Shown here: positions 47,901-61,700 of the stretch, one piece after another
Position numbering within the stretch: position 1 is the stretch's first letter
Layout of the letters: the number at the start of each line of letters is the position of its first letter
NCBI GenBank assembly: GCA_030704615.1
Contig: CM060733.1
Location: forward strand, 56,730,001-56,794,000
From: Takakia lepidozioides
Lineage: Eukaryota; Plantae; Bryophyta
DNA: 64,000 nt
Reading direction: 5' to 3'
The notes under the pieces: model-generated
What the model was told of the DNA's origin: nothing
The model's database searches: none
Seen by the model: the letters and a program-made list of their open reading frames with translations, nothing else
Made by a program: the position numbers and the translations under genes

Positions 47901-48426
47901 TGGAAAGCCCAAGTACGGCATACAAACAATGCCAGAGGCTCCCCCGGTGTGGCCGGTGGAACCAGGCTGTGATCTGAGTCAGGTTGAGGCCGACGCCCTT
48001 ACCGCCGCAGGATTTCGGATGGTGCAGCGCACTGACGTCCCCAGACAACCATTTTCGCTTCCACAGCCTCCACCACCGACCCCTGTGAGAGCAAGAACAA
48101 TGGGACCCGATAGCTCTAAGCATCCTACACACCGTTGGGGGAAACCGAAGAGGCGGCGACCTCCCTCAAAAGTGAACGAGATAAGGATGGGGAATGCACT
48201 TCGGATGAACTATACACAGAGCTCGACAGAAGTGCCCCCACCAGGCTTCGGGCGTGTGTATTAGATAGCCACAACAGGCTTAGCTGTTTGCAATGAGGTG
48301 TACACCATCACCATTTCAGAATTACCCACCTACAATTGCACTGACTTTCAGATCATGGTGAACAAGGGGGCATCATACTGCCCTTGCAAGCATCTGTACT
48401 ACGTGTACCTAAAGAGACTCCGATGT
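44995..48426 (+). pseudogene. MULE transposase with GCM-like zinc domain, DDE core and SWIM finger (element B)
   Basis: DGHPWCVT...CAG...CAHCKEPPTC...GVHCHP; VMFD, FMADNAQA, SCGFHW, TNMAES; CTDF...CKH; intron 47006-47088; frameshift near 45290, stop at 48264, 3' end truncated. Confidence 0.88.
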
Positions 48427-50549
48427 AAAACACCTCCTAATGGACACCGAAGCAAGCCGAGCAGCATAAGTAGGAAGGATGTACTCCCTTTCTGGACTAG
48501 GCATGAAATCCCCCCTGGCAAAAAAAGGCACGTTCCTCCTGCCCATGAACTCCGGTGTAGACGTCCTTCCGGCAGTACTTGGCATCCTACAGTAAGAACA
48601 AATCCACTTCAAGAATGTCAATACCAGCACAACCAGAAAGGGTTTTCAATGAAATAAGAGAGCGGAGGGAGGTGCCTCACGAAATCTGGAGGCAACTTAC
48701 AATGCCACCACTCACTCATAAACCGGGGGCTCCTCGGCCTCGATCCCAACTTCCTCCCCCTGCTCCTTCTCGGATTTTTCCTCATCCTCCGAGGATGCCT
48801 CTTCCTCTTTCGGCAGACGTTCAGCCGCTGCAAGTTCCGAGTTGTGGAGGGCAGTATCTGGCTCGAAGGCGAACACATGCCTGTCGGACAACGTCCCTAC
48901 CCACATTGAAGCACCTGAGGAACAAAGCGGGCGGTTAATAGCTTGCGGCATGCAATTGCAATCGGACCAGGGGACAAACTGAGCACGTGAAGGCTTACCC
49001 GTGCCGCATGTGAGGTCCAGAATCCGCCCTTGGACATCCGAGCACGTCTCCATGAGGGTTTGGATGAAACAGGGCTCCGGGTCCGGCTGTACCGCCACGG
49101 TTTGCCTGTCTTTGTGTCCTTCGGCATACTGGAGTGGGGCACATAGTTGTAGAGGACATCGTAGGTTACAGGGTCCACAGCGGCATCAACAAGACGACCG
49201 TCATTGCGGAATTTGAACGTAGACCCTCTCTTCACAAAGCAATATGCCTCAAACACCAATGTCTACACATCCAACAAAGAAGGGATCAACTCCAGGGTCT
49301 ACTTAACATACACCACAATATGAAGTGAATGCAATAGATTGATAACTTACACTTTGGCCCTCTGTTCGCAACCCCTGTGTACTGATGCAGAACCATTTTC
49401 TGAGGAGGACCGGGGTGACACTTTTCGGTGTCCACCTTGCCACCGCATTCTCTGTGGTCTTCCCTCTCGTGGCAAGGACAACCACACATCCACCGTCATC
49501 CAAAAGCATCCCCGCCAGCCCAAACCCGGCTTTCCAGTAGTCCTCAGTAAACCTGTTCCAGGTGGGCACACCATATAGGCCCTCCAGCAGCTCCCCATCT
49601 GGAATGTCGAGGAGAATCATGTCGCAAGCTCTCTCCACCTCAACCCCCCCCCCCCCGAGTGCTCTTGCAATTCGTGCTCACAGCCGTGAAGAATTCCATC
49701 ATGGCTTCAAAACCAGGGGTGTCTGTACCGCCAGCCCTCTTCTTGGCTTTCCCCTTCTGCTCCGCCAGAGACTTGCTGTGTGCCACCTTCTTCACCCTGG
49801 CAGCGAGAGCGTCAAGGAAGCTCTCATTGATGCATTGGATGATGGTTGGAGGTTCTAGCTTTGGCCTGTGCGTAAACGTCACCGCCGAATACCGCCGTGT
49901 AGGCTCGCCCTCAAATGCCAACTTCTTGGCAGAGCCAGTCCCACTCCGAACTGACTTGGGAACCCGGACGACCGGTGACTGGGTAGGAGCAACAGCAGTC
50001 GCAAGACCTTGAACAAAGTCGTCGTCCGAGTCACTCTCTTGGGTCCCCTCCTGCGCCTCCTCCGATGCCCCGATGGTTTTCTTCTTTTTGGGTGTTACTG
50101 CACTCACCTGTTTCCTTGTCCTTTTCCTTTGGCCTTTACTCTTCTCATTCAATTTCTCCTGAATTCCTGCCTGAGCAAGCTCTGCCGCTTTCCTGGAGTT
50201 CGCAAGCGCTTTTGCCTCTTTTGCACCCAACGGAGGCAGCGGAGCCCGGTTTCGTCGGAATTCAGCATCCAGCTTCAATTGAAACTTGGATGGGTCGAGC
50301 GAGCCGGGCAGAAGGTCCACATACCAAGGGCAATCACGCAAATGTTCCAGATGCCACTCCTTCACAATATCGTCAGTGTACATGGAGTCAGCCCCAGGGT
50401 TCCTCCATGCCAGGAAGAATGGTGGCTCGAAAGACAGATGATCTTTCTCCAAAAGGGAGAACTTGCAGTACCTGCATTCATGAAAAACACAATGAGGTCC
50501 CTGAAATGCATATTCGGCACCATTTTCCCAGGTTGGGGCGGATGTGAGT

Positions 50550-51193
50550 GGGCCTAGAAATGGAAAAATGGCGCCGAATTTCGGTTTTCGGTGACTGCCA
50601 CCCTAGGGACTTAGCCCGAAAATGGCCAAGTCCCTGAACGGCAATAGGGCCTAGAAAAAATGGCGCCGAATTTCCAGTTCCAGGCCAGCCAGTCTAGGGA
50701 CTTAGCCCGAAAATTGCCAAGTCCCTGAACGGCAATAGGGCCTAGAACTGGAAAATGGCGCCGAATTTCCAGTTCGGGGCCAGCCAGTCTAGGGACTTAG
50801 CCCGAAAATGGCGAAGTCCCTGAACGGCAATAGGGCCTAGAACTGGAAAATGGCGCCGAATTTCCAGTTCGGGGCCAGCCACCCTAGGGACTTAGCCCGA
50901 AAATGGCGAAGTCCGTGAACGGCAATAGGGCCTGGAACTGGAAAATGGCGCCGAATTTCCAGTTCGGGGCCAGCCACCCTAGGGACTTAGCCCGAAAATG
51001 GCGAAGTCCGTGAACGGCAATAGGGCCTAGAACTGGAAAATGGCGCCGAATTTCCAGTTCAGGGCCAGCCAGTCTAGGGACTTAGCCCGAAAATGGCCAA
51101 GTCCCTGAACGGCAATAGGGCCTAGAACTGGAAAATGGCGTCGAATTTCCAGTTCAGGGCCAGCCAGTCTAGGGACTTAGCCCGAAAATGGCA
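50550..51193. repeat. 95-bp minisatellite (about 7 units) filling an intron, each unit carrying GAACTGGAAAATGGCGCCGAATTTCCAGTTC
   Basis: GGCAATAGGG recurs at 50731, 50826, 50921, 51016 and 51111. Confidence 0.95.
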
Positions 51194-51586
51194 CCTCGTC
51201 ACATAGTCACGTAGGCTCTCTGCTGCAGGAGATATCTCCATCTTGAACTGATGTGCTTGTGTGTCCAGCTGCTCTTGCGCATTCGTCGTCACCTGTGGAG
51301 ATTCTCCATCAGATTGCTTTCCTGAAAAAATACAATGAATCCACCCCCTACTAGAGTAGAAGCCCCAAACGAAGCGTGGGGAAGTACCTGAAACCACCAT
51401 GTCATGCGGTTCATCCACATGTCGAATGTGGGGTCAGAGAGTTTGTCCGGTTTGGGGAAGCTCCACATGTCCCTGGTACTTTGGGAACCATTCCAGATTT
51501 GGAGCCACCGGGTCTGTCCAACCACCCAGCATATTCGTAAGCGCCAAACACCACAAAAAGCCACCACAATTTGGTTAAGAATGTAT

Positions 51587-53772
51587 TGTAGTGTGAAAAG
51601 AAGGGGCGTGAATCCCCTTCTGTATAATTCTAATTGTGCTCCCCTCCATTGATTGCGGAGCAAGAGGAAAGAAGCGTTCTTTCTAATCTGTCCAACTGTC
51701 GTCACTTGGCTGTGGGTTTCCCTCAGCCCCTCCGTGATCAGAGTTCAAGCAATCCTCATCCACGCCGCAGCGGAAGGGAAGACATGGATGGGGAGTCAAT
51801 TTGTTGTTCGCTCTTGGTTCTACCTTTTACTCAACATCCCCTATCAGCAGGTACAGCACCAGCTATGCTGGTGCGATGTATTCAGTGATGCAAATCAGCC
51901 CAATGGCAGCGGTAAACACGATCCTTTATGTGAAGCCCACTTGAGCAGTGACAGGTCGGAAATCCCCTTTTTGTAGTGGTGACACAGATTTAGGAGGAGG
52001 CAGCTCAGATCTTCATGGTCTGCAGGGGCACTGGTTTCTTTCAGGTTTTCTTCATCTCATCTCCCCAAATTGGCCAAACCCCCCCCCCAACAGCCCTTTT
52101 GAATTGCAGCTCTCTCCTTACCCAAATCCCATTTTTCACTCTCTCTCTCTTTCTTTTCCCTTTTTGTCTGTTTCACTATCTCTGTCTATGTCCCCAAGTT
52201 CCCCACTATTTCACAGCAGCAGATCTGTCATGTAATGTGAATGCACACGCTGCTAGGCATCCAGTGCGGCCAGCCTTGAAGTCATCCTCGGTCTCTCAAG
52301 ACACAACCATCCCATCCATCAGTCTCTCTCTCTTTATCTCTCTCTTGTCCCTTTTTCCAATGACCCATCACTCAAACAGCTCTCATCTCTTCTGTCAGAC
52401 TTCAACCCAAATACCCCAACATCCCTCTTTTCCCTTCAACTGTGGAACGCAGTTGTTCAGATCCTGATCCCATAGTGAAATCACCTTATCCTTTCCATGT
52501 TTTTTTGCAACTCCAGCTAACCATCATTGATCTCTCCAAACAAACAAGCCAGATCTACATTGGTTCCAGGTTATCACTACACACGGCAGCATGGTGTCCA
52601 GGTTTATGACACTGAATCAAAATGCAAGAATGAAGACAACAGTGACCATTCTGAATTCAGTGACGCACATGCTCTCTCTTTCTCTCTCTCTTCACTTATT
52701 TCTCTCACTGTCATCACAACATCAGGTGCATCCATCCTTTCCACGTTCTGTTCTGAAGTCCAGAGTCTCCATTCCCATTTCAAAAACTTTTTCTTGTCAC
52801 ATGTCTCTACCTTTTCTCTTCTGCCAAGATGGCAGTCCTAAATCTACCAAAGCAATTTCTAAGTCCTGGCAAAAAGAAGCCTCTGTTCATCGACTTATCT
52901 GTTTTTATCCACTAGTGAAGCGGCGGGTCTGCCTGTCAAGGTGGCACCTTGCCATCGCCCGTCAGCAGCCACTTCAACCCTTTCTCTTTGTCTTGATTCC
53001 AGACCTTATGACGCCATGATGGCTCCCCTTCTTCACTTGGACCATCCTGTGGCCTGACAACCAGATTACGCTATGCAATTCTTCCTCTCGAATTGGCCTG
53101 GTCCTATAACAAGGAGACACAAAGCAGCTAGAAGCTTAATGACAGAGAACCTGAGATACCATACAGCCAGAACTCCACATGCTTTACCTCCCCCCATTGA
53201 TTGTGCCCAGACTCTCTTCCCTGTGCTTTCAGCAGCTGGCCTTTTCCTTGCTTGCTCATCTGCCCATAACTATCATCTTCAAGGCACTGGCGGCAGTGGT
53301 GGTGCGCCGCTTTCCTTACATGCTTCTATCTCTTGGAATTGATCATCACTACGAGAGAGGCGGCACCGCTTCTTTCTACACAGAATACCAAGCAGAGGCG
53401 TCTTAATGCCGCTTCCTAAGCCAAGCAAGATCCCACCGCGCAGGTACAACCTCCTAACACAGGCTGCCCTGCCGACACCACTGCTTGCAACAGCCGCTAC
53501 GAGCCATCCGTCATCTTCCTCTTCGTTTTTCTCAACCCGCGATCTTTTAGGTCAAGAACCAGTGATGAAAACGTTCATCGCATGGATGAAAATGTGTACC
53601 GTCATGACTTAGCCATTTTCTCCTGGCAAAGCATAAGTTCAGTGCGCTCATGAAATTACCTACATGAAGGGATACATCCTTTCTGCAGTTGGGATGACGG
53701 GCACTCCGTCATAGTGATGTAGGTCGTAATGGTAAACATATGTAATGTTCTGTCCCCTGCATTCACACTACA
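51587..53772. mobile_element. Probable solo LTR (family 3, 2.19 kb) in an intron of the C gene
   Basis: TGTAGTGTGAA...TTCACACTACA termini; GTAT duplicated at 51583-51586 and 53773-53776; no convincing ORF; partial copy at 17411. Confidence 0.75.
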
Positions 53773-56764
53773 GTATCACCTTTTCTGTTGCATCCACACA
53801 GGATGTGGCTAGACGATGGAGCTTCTCCAATGTCATCATGGGCTTCAGAGCGCGAGAGTAGTGCTTCCCCAACTCCACCAGAAAGTCGGCACCAAGGGCG
53901 GGATCAGCTATGGCCACGTACTTTACCATCCGCGACTTGTACTTTATGCGGGCCCTCACCTCCGCAGCTTTGACATACGATTCGAGTGCCGGGAGGGTTG
54001 GATTCTTCTCCTCTGACTCCATGTAGAACCTCCGCGCATGTGCCAAATCTTGCTGTATTTTCGTCTGTCAAGAATGCGCACATAAGATTAGAGATCCTGC
54101 TCAACACAATTTCTTCTATTGGGGGAGAGATTAGAAATCACGGTGAAGACCTTTTCTTCTATTGGGGGAGGAGAGACAGATTAGCTCAACAAAATTGTCA
54201 GGAGCTTTACCCGAAATATGTAGTCCACCATGGCGTCGACGCTCAGCCTATACCAGGTTCTGTCTGCCTTTGCCTCCGACTTGCGCAGGAGGTCGGCACT
54301 GAGGGAATGGCAAACTCTTGCACCCCCTGCTTCCCGACATCCTTCACTCGGAAGAGCATATGGGACAAGTTGGTGGCAATGAAGGCATTCTCAGTCACCC
54401 TGCAGTGCCACATTTCCATCAAACAATATTGAAATGGGAATTTTCATTATATATGAGGATTCGCAATGAAATGACTTCCAAATTCAAAGTCCAAAAGCGA
54501 GAGGCATTGTAACTTACGAGTTGATGTCCGCCATTGCAGCTTTGAGAAGACTGCGATCTTTGGGCCCCGCAACCTTCAGCACAATACAATCCACGGCGAA
54601 ATGCCAATCGAGGTCGTTGGGGTGGGCTTGGGCAATGTGCTCCATCCATGCCAGGAGGCGATGATTGCCGTCCCACACGTAGAACATCTTACCGGACAAG
54701 TGCTGGAAAAGAGGATCACTAGCAATCGATCTCTCGAACTCCTCATTTCGCGTTTGCCAATGGGGACCCCATTTGTCCACCTCATCGGAAGTGTGGGCAC
54801 GGGAAGCTCCGTGGTTGTTCTCAATGGAAACATAAAACGCGGCAGACCCCATTCGATATCCATCCCGGAAAGAGAATTTCAGCTTGTCGATATCGCCTGG
54901 GAGGGCAGGTCTCACCACCTGCAATGACACCAAGCGGCAAAGGGGAATTCAAAGCTTGGCCGGGTACACCATGCCCCCCAGCACCCTACCAATGTTGCTG
55001 TGGGTTGCCTCCAACATCTTGGCAGCGGCCAACTTCATATCCGCCTCAGACATGACGTCTATTGCAGAGGGGTTTTCCGGCAGCCCACCAGGACCGCCAA
55101 ATCCAGCCTGTATGCTCCGGGTTTGGGGCCTGGGGATGACCGGGAGGATGTCATCCTGGTCAGAAAGCTCCCTGTCATCCTCCTCAACAGGGTCAGCCAC
55201 CTGCGAAACCACCTCCAGCACTCTCCCCGTCTCTACTGCCCTCTCCCTGGCTTCACCTCGAACTTGCACAATCCGTGCTCTTTCTGGTGTTCTTTCCTCT
55301 CCTCCACTCTCCACCGTATGGGTAATTGCAGGGGCTGCTCTTGCCCGCGATGGTCTAACCGGTGTGTTACTGCCTCTTTGTGGTGTCTTGGAGGGATCCA
55401 CCGTCTCTGTGCGTCCCTCGCTTACATTGGCATCTGTCATTTGGGCACCCCTGGCCTCTTCAGTGGCCTTTTCTCTTTCCTCCTAGCTAGCATTCTGTCT
55501 CGTCTGTTCTTTTGCCCTCTCTTTTGCCCTCTCACGGGCTTTCTGTTTCTTACTAGGGCTAGCAGCAGGGGAGCCCTCCAGGACGACCACCTTTGATTGA
55601 GGCGAACTGACACCCTCGCGCGCACTGCTCACTCCCCCCTCCGCAGCCCGTGACGGCTCTCTCACCGGGGATTGCATGTGCTTAGCTTTCTTCTTTTTCT
55701 TTGCGTGGGCGGGCCCTACTGCATGTGCATCAACAACCTCCATTGCCGGATCTACTGTCCTCATGTCCTCACGCCCTTCACCTGCCATGCCGCCTGCACC
55801 AACCTCCCCAATGCCTATTCTGTCGTACTCTCGTTGCAAGTCCTCCCGTCCACCAACAAAAGGTTGAAGTTTGCCCTCTCGCCCCAAGTTGGGCGATTCA
55901 AACATGCGATGAGTTGGAGCTGTCGATGATACCACCAGCGTGCCGGGCTCGTCGTTACTCTGTCATTCCCAAAAATCGTGAGAACCAACATCGGTGCCAA
56001 AACCAGCATCGCAACGAGCAGCGCAACCACCATAGCAACAATCGTGTAACAAAAATGAAAACATAACAAGTTTAGGAAGTATGGAGAGCCATGCAACAAC
56101 AATGAAAACAAATGCAACCATTGCCTGAGAATGACATGCACAAGCAGCCTTCTCCAGAGCTGCCGGATTTGCACACGCATTGCAAACAATCTAAGGTTCA
56201 CTCAACTATCTAAGGTTCACTCATCCATCGAAGCCAGGATGAAGATGCAAAAACAAAGCGAGGCAACAAAGCGAAAGCGAAAGCGAAAGCCAAAAAGAAA
56301 TCGAACAAAGCGAAAGCAGAAGTGGCTTGCCTGAGAGTACTCGGCTTCAGTTGGCGCGGGTTGTGAGCAAGACACTGGAATCTCCTGCTGGAGCTTCAGT
56401 TTGGCCATGCGAGAGATTGGCCGTCGTCCGTAGTACAGAGCTTTCAACTTCCGCCGCGGTCTGGATGTGAGGTCTCTCTCAGGAGAGCCACGCCCTTCAG
56501 GCGGCATAAGTCCCAGCCAAAATGGAAAAAGATCTCCGTTTTTGGGGTACATGCCTCGAATAGCATGTTAAGCCAAGATTAGCATCAGATTTAGGGTACG
56601 TATCCAGGAAGCCATGTGTCGCCAGCCCGAATGAAAACGGACGGCGGTGGACATTTATTGCCCAACGGCGCAATTAAATGTCGGATGAAGCCCTCCATGT
56701 CGGATGAAAATCGACAGAATGAGGCCCGGAATTTCCAACGTAGAGGTAATTCGGAGCGCTGCAC

Positions 56765-58430
56765 GATGGAAATCCGGCGCCGGATTTCCATCCTGCAGGT
56801 AATTCGGAGCGCAGCAGGATGGAAATTCAACGCCGAATTTGCATCCTGTAGGGTAGGGCGGCGCACGAAATTTCCCTCACGCAGGTAATTCCGAAGCGGA
56901 TGGATGGAAATCCGGCGCCGGATTTTCATCCGCGCAGGTAGCGCGGCGCGCCAAATTTCCCTCACGCAGGTAATTCAGAAGCGGATGGATGGAAATCCGG
57001 CGCCGGATTTCCATCCGCGCAGGTAGGGCGGCGCGCGAAATTTCCCTCAAGCAGGTAATTCGGAGGCGGATGGATGGAAATCCGGCGCCGGATTTCCATC
57101 CGCAAGGTTGGTCGGAGAGCGGATGGATGGAGATCCGGCGCCGAATTTCCATCCAGCAGGTAAGTCGGATCGCTAGCATATGGATATTCGGCGCCGAATT
57201 TCCATTCGCCAGGTATTTCGAAGCGCTGAATTACCTTCCTGCAGGTAATTCTGAGCGTGTCCGATTGATTTTTCGGAGAAAAACAAACCTAACTGTTTGT
57301 TTTGTGGCTGAAGTGTACTTGTAGACACGTTTTTCTTGGAATCCTTGACTGCTAGAGGCAAATCGGAACAGCCTCGGACGGAAATTCGGCGCCGTTTTTC
57401 CATTCTGGGAGGTTTTTGCGACTTCCTTTGAGGGGGCCCCGATGGAAATTCGGCGCCGAATTTCCATCCAGGGGATGGTCTCTGTCGGAGAGGTGCCGGC
57501 CTCTCCGCCGCTCTGTTGGATAGTCGGTGCCGAATTTCCGTCCGGGGGTTGAAATATGACGGCCTCTCCCCCCTCCCCGACTGCATTTGGACGGCCCCGG
57601 ATGGAAATTCGGCGCCGTTTTTCCATCTAGGGATGTTTTTATTGCGGCTAGTTTTCAGCAGTTTTCAGCCTGACCCCCCGACACGACTTCCTTTGGGGGG
57701 GCCCGGATGGAAATTTGGCGCCGAATCTCCATCTAGGGGATGTTCTCTGTCGCACACGCGCCGGCCTCTACGCCCGAGGCGACTTCATCCGGGCGTCCCC
57801 TGTTGGATATTCGGTGCCGAATTTCCGTCCGGGGGTTGAAATGTGACGGCCAGGTGACGGCCAGGTGACGGCCAGGTGCCAGCCTCTCCCCCCTCCCCGA
57901 CTGCATCCGAACCGCCCCGGATGGAAATTCGGCGCCGTTTTTCCATCTGGGGATGTTTTTATTGCGGCCAGTTTTCGGCCTGACCCCCCGACACGACTTC
58001 CTTTGGGGGGGCCCGGATGGAAATTCGGCGCCGAATCTCCATCCAGGGGATATTCTCTGTCGCACACGCGCCGGCCTCTGCGCCCGAGGCGACTTCATCC
58101 GGGCTTCCCCTGTTGTATATTCGGTGCCGAATTTCCGTCCGGGGGTTGTAATGTGAGGGCCAGATGGCGGCCTTTCCCCCAAGCCGACTGCATCCGAAAG
58201 GCCTCGGATGGAAATTCGGCGCCGTTTTTCCATCCGCGGAGGTTTTTATGTCGGCCTGTTTTCGGCCTGACCCCCCGACAGGACTTCCTTTGGGGGGATC
58301 CGAATGGAAATTCGGCGCTGAATTTCCATCCGGGGGATGTTCTCTGTCGGACAGGTGCCGGCATCTCTTCCCCAGACGACTTCATCCGTGCGGCCCCTGT
58401 TGGATATTGGGTGCCGAATTTCCATTCGGG
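56765..58430. repeat. Array of family-C palindromes (GGATGGAAAT[C/T]CGGCGCCG[G/A]ATTTCCATCC)
   Basis: Perfect 30-bp palindrome at 56987-57016; more than 20 copies, in ~85-bp and ~300-bp higher-order repeats. Confidence 0.95.
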
Positions 58431-58714
58431 GGTAGTAATGTGACGGCACGGTGCCGGCTTCTCCCCTTCAGCCGACATCATCCGGACGGCCCCCCACTTT
58501 CTGACTGCATACCGTTGGCAGTTATTGCGCAAAGACCAGGGGCCGCATTCCGGAGACAAGGTTCATTAACACTCTGACTGTGGATTTTTGAGATAGTTGG
58601 CTCCCTGGATTTGGATCAGGCTTCGTCGCTCGGACAAATCAGCACCGCATTCCTTCCCATCGCTGCATCCCCCTTCTACCAGGGAGCTTCCCCGCACGCC
58701 ATCCTGGCAGTCTT

Positions 58715-61700
58715 GTGTGCACATCTCCCATCGCGGAAAACCCGAGCGCTACAGTGTACTGCCCTCCTCACGAGCATAGAGCTTCATTTCCGTGCAGAGG
58801 GGACATCTGCCGGGTGATGGAGAAATATCTGTGCGTTCGATACCACCTGAAACCGGGGTCGGTTTTTTTGGAGGAGGAAAGGAAGGACTCAAACGGCCTT
58901 GTTGTCGAGAGTATTGTTGTGCTCCACGATGATTTCGGCGATGGCAGGGAATGGCGAGTTCCACCATCGGACAACGTCATATACAGGGCTGTTGGGGACT
59001 TCATTTGCCCGCCAAATGCACCTCCTATCCTGGCGCCTTCCACGAAACAATCCGCGAATCAGAGAGTGGCTACCTCAAAGAGAGAAGTCCGCAACGAAGT
59101 AAATCCAGAGCCGAACCCATCCATGAAGACGAGCGAGAACCGGGTTGTTCACAACCTGTCCGACTCAGACGAGGTCATGGAAGTTCCGAGGTCGTCCTGG
59201 AGATCAGGCAAGTCCTCAATGGACGTCAGTGGAGGAGGGAGTCATATTCCCAGCACGAGCACCGCAGTTCGATCTATTCTTGAAATTCTGCGAGGGCTTC
59301 ACCTGGAGGGACACCGGTCGGAGCTGGCCGGGCTGGACTACAGCAAGTTCGCAATTAAATCAGTTACATGCCTTCCCGCCGACGTCGACGGTAATATCTT
59401 CTTTGAGTTCCCTCCTCGGGCGGACTACTCGAGGGCGTCCGAATGTTGACAGATATGGATAGAAAACATGACGGTCCTTGGTGCATTACCAAAACCACCA
59501 GCATGAAGATGCTAGATGGTGGTGCGCTACGTTGTTTGTGCGGGCGCGTTGCGGTGTTTCTCCCCAACTTGCTTCCACTTTAAATCCAGAGGTCATAGGA
59601 ACGAGACCGATTGGACAGACACAGCTCATCAACCATTTCGAGCTCAGGAGAAGGTTCCGAACTCCACATTTAAGTGTGCGCATTGCAAAGAACCACCACA
59701 CTGCATGTCTGTTTGTAATGCCAAGCAGTTCTATGTGTTGCACCGTTTCCCTGACCTCACCCGAGCTTGCATACACGTTGGTTCCCATTGTCACAAATTG
59801 GCGAGGGGGAACTCGCGGGAGGCTGCCCACGAGGCAGAGCAGCTCGTTCAGGAGGAGATTAAGTTGAGACCGGGTGCCAAACCCAAACAGATACAGCTCC
59901 AAGCCGCCCATAAGATGGCATTGGCCAGAATTATGTCGGAAGACGGCTTCGATAGAGTTCCTCTCGATGAGAAGGAAATGGAGGCATTGCTGGAGTCGGT
60001 GTCCCACGTATGTTCACCGAATGTCCGAAACCACATTGTCTCATGCAAACAGAAAATTGGGCGTGGCTTGGATATGCACTCCATTCTGGAGAGAAAGCGA
60101 CGATGTGGATATGACTACATTCATGGAAGTAGGTTTCCAGGACAAGGGACTGAGGTAGATCGTTGTTTCGTATTCAAATGTCCACGTGTGGACCTAGCAG
60201 CGGCGTCGAACTGGTCGACAGGATGACGAGTGGGGACTTGTCAAACAGTTGGGTCATGTTCGACCATATCAAGCGAATTACAAATCACCAGTGGGTGACA
60301 ATGGGTGCACATGTCTACGACACCCACTACAGGATGCTAATGACAATTGCTATTTGTGAGATGAAAGGAGAGGACACACAATCGGAGATGCTTCTTTGGC
60401 AGGGAATAAACGAATAGATGGCCAAGGCGGGATTGCCCCCTCCCAATTTCCGTGGTTTCATGGCGGACAACGCACAAGCAAATTGGGCTGCCATCCGAAG
60501 GGTGTACGGGCAAGACCCCAATGTTCCCATGGAAGGCAAGGAGAGATCTTGTGGGTTCCATTTTCTGCAGAGCCTTTCGCAGTACACAACCAGGCTCGTG
60601 GCGCCAGATTTCAGAGAGGAGCACCGTTCCATGTGTCTTGCGTGGAAGCGCGCTCCCACCTTGGATGATGCAGAGACACAGTTTGCATGTATACGGGCTT
60701 GGTGGACATCGTCAGGTGCTATAAGGAAATCAGACGAGGGAGCAATGGTCAGTTGGCTAGCACAGTGGCATTATCGTTTCCTCCAGTTCGGCGATTATAT
60801 GCGGGAGGTGAGTTGCACGAATTCGCGTCCCGTTGAATATTATTCTTGGCATATTTGTAACTTGCTTGTACCTCAACATGTGCTTGTGCAGGAAATGTGT
60901 CTCGACTCCGACACCGACATGCCCACGACAAACATGGCCGAATCAATGCACTCTTCCTGGCGTGCCTCCTTTGCGGCGCATCTGGTGGACATCCTCACTG
61001 CCACAACGGAGGACATTGTGAGGTCAATTATGCAGCAATGCAGGTACAACGAGTTCTTGAAAGGGAAACAGTGGGGCTTGGGGCCGGACAGGCAAGAAAT
61101 GCTGATGCGGACTGCCTCTAGATCGAAGAATCCTCGGAAGTGGGCGGCGGCCTTGCGAGAGGGCCTTCGGGACACGCCATTGCTGCGAAGAGGCCAACAT
61201 TTGGAAGGAGATGTTCATACCCGTCCAGTGAGACGAAGACTTGACGAGGCACCTGGCGGAGAAGAGGATTCATGGCGAGCTGACAAGAATATTTGCACGC
61301 TCCCTCGTGGTCCGGTGATGTTGCCCGAGGAGGTCTCGTCGAGCACCGCAAGTCCTGCACGTTCAAGATCGCCATCTCCTTTGAGCACAAGGCGCGTGCC
61401 CCGGCAACATAACGAGCCATCTGTAGTAAAGCAGTACAACATTCCCATTGTGGAGACAAGAGTGTCGGAGTCACAGTGGAGAATTGCGAGGTCATTGCCG
61501 GCATTTCGAGGGAAGTGCTGCGCCATCCGGGTGGATACGAGAGCACGTCGTGGTGAGATGATTCGGAGGAACCCACACGGTGCTGTACCTGCACCTTGTT
61601 TCAGTGGTAGATTTTTGACTCCCACATTTGCTCACGCCACAACGCAGACATTTTGGTTCTGTAGGCACGACATAATGACCTGTGTATTTGGCAAGCCCAA

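Larger units (their letters stand above)
21488..48426 (+). mobile_element. MULE family B element (ends not identified), interrupted by A2
   Basis: The same B-type palindrome occurs on both sides of A2; removing A2 and one TSD copy rejoins the 5' end of the ParB-MTase gene; order is ORF X, array, ParB-MTase (-), array, transposase (+). Confidence 0.75.
48427..56552 (-). pseudogene. Spliced ParB/Srx-like plus beta-class DNA methyltransferase-like fusion gene (element C)
   Basis: VWDGNHRLLAW (54514-54933); CDMILLDIPD (49303-49638); FIQTLMETCSDVQGRILDLTCGTG|ASMWVGTLSDRHVFAFEPD (48712-49098); exon order collinear with gene B; several frameshifts; introns hold a minisatellite and a solo LTR. Confidence 0.78.
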
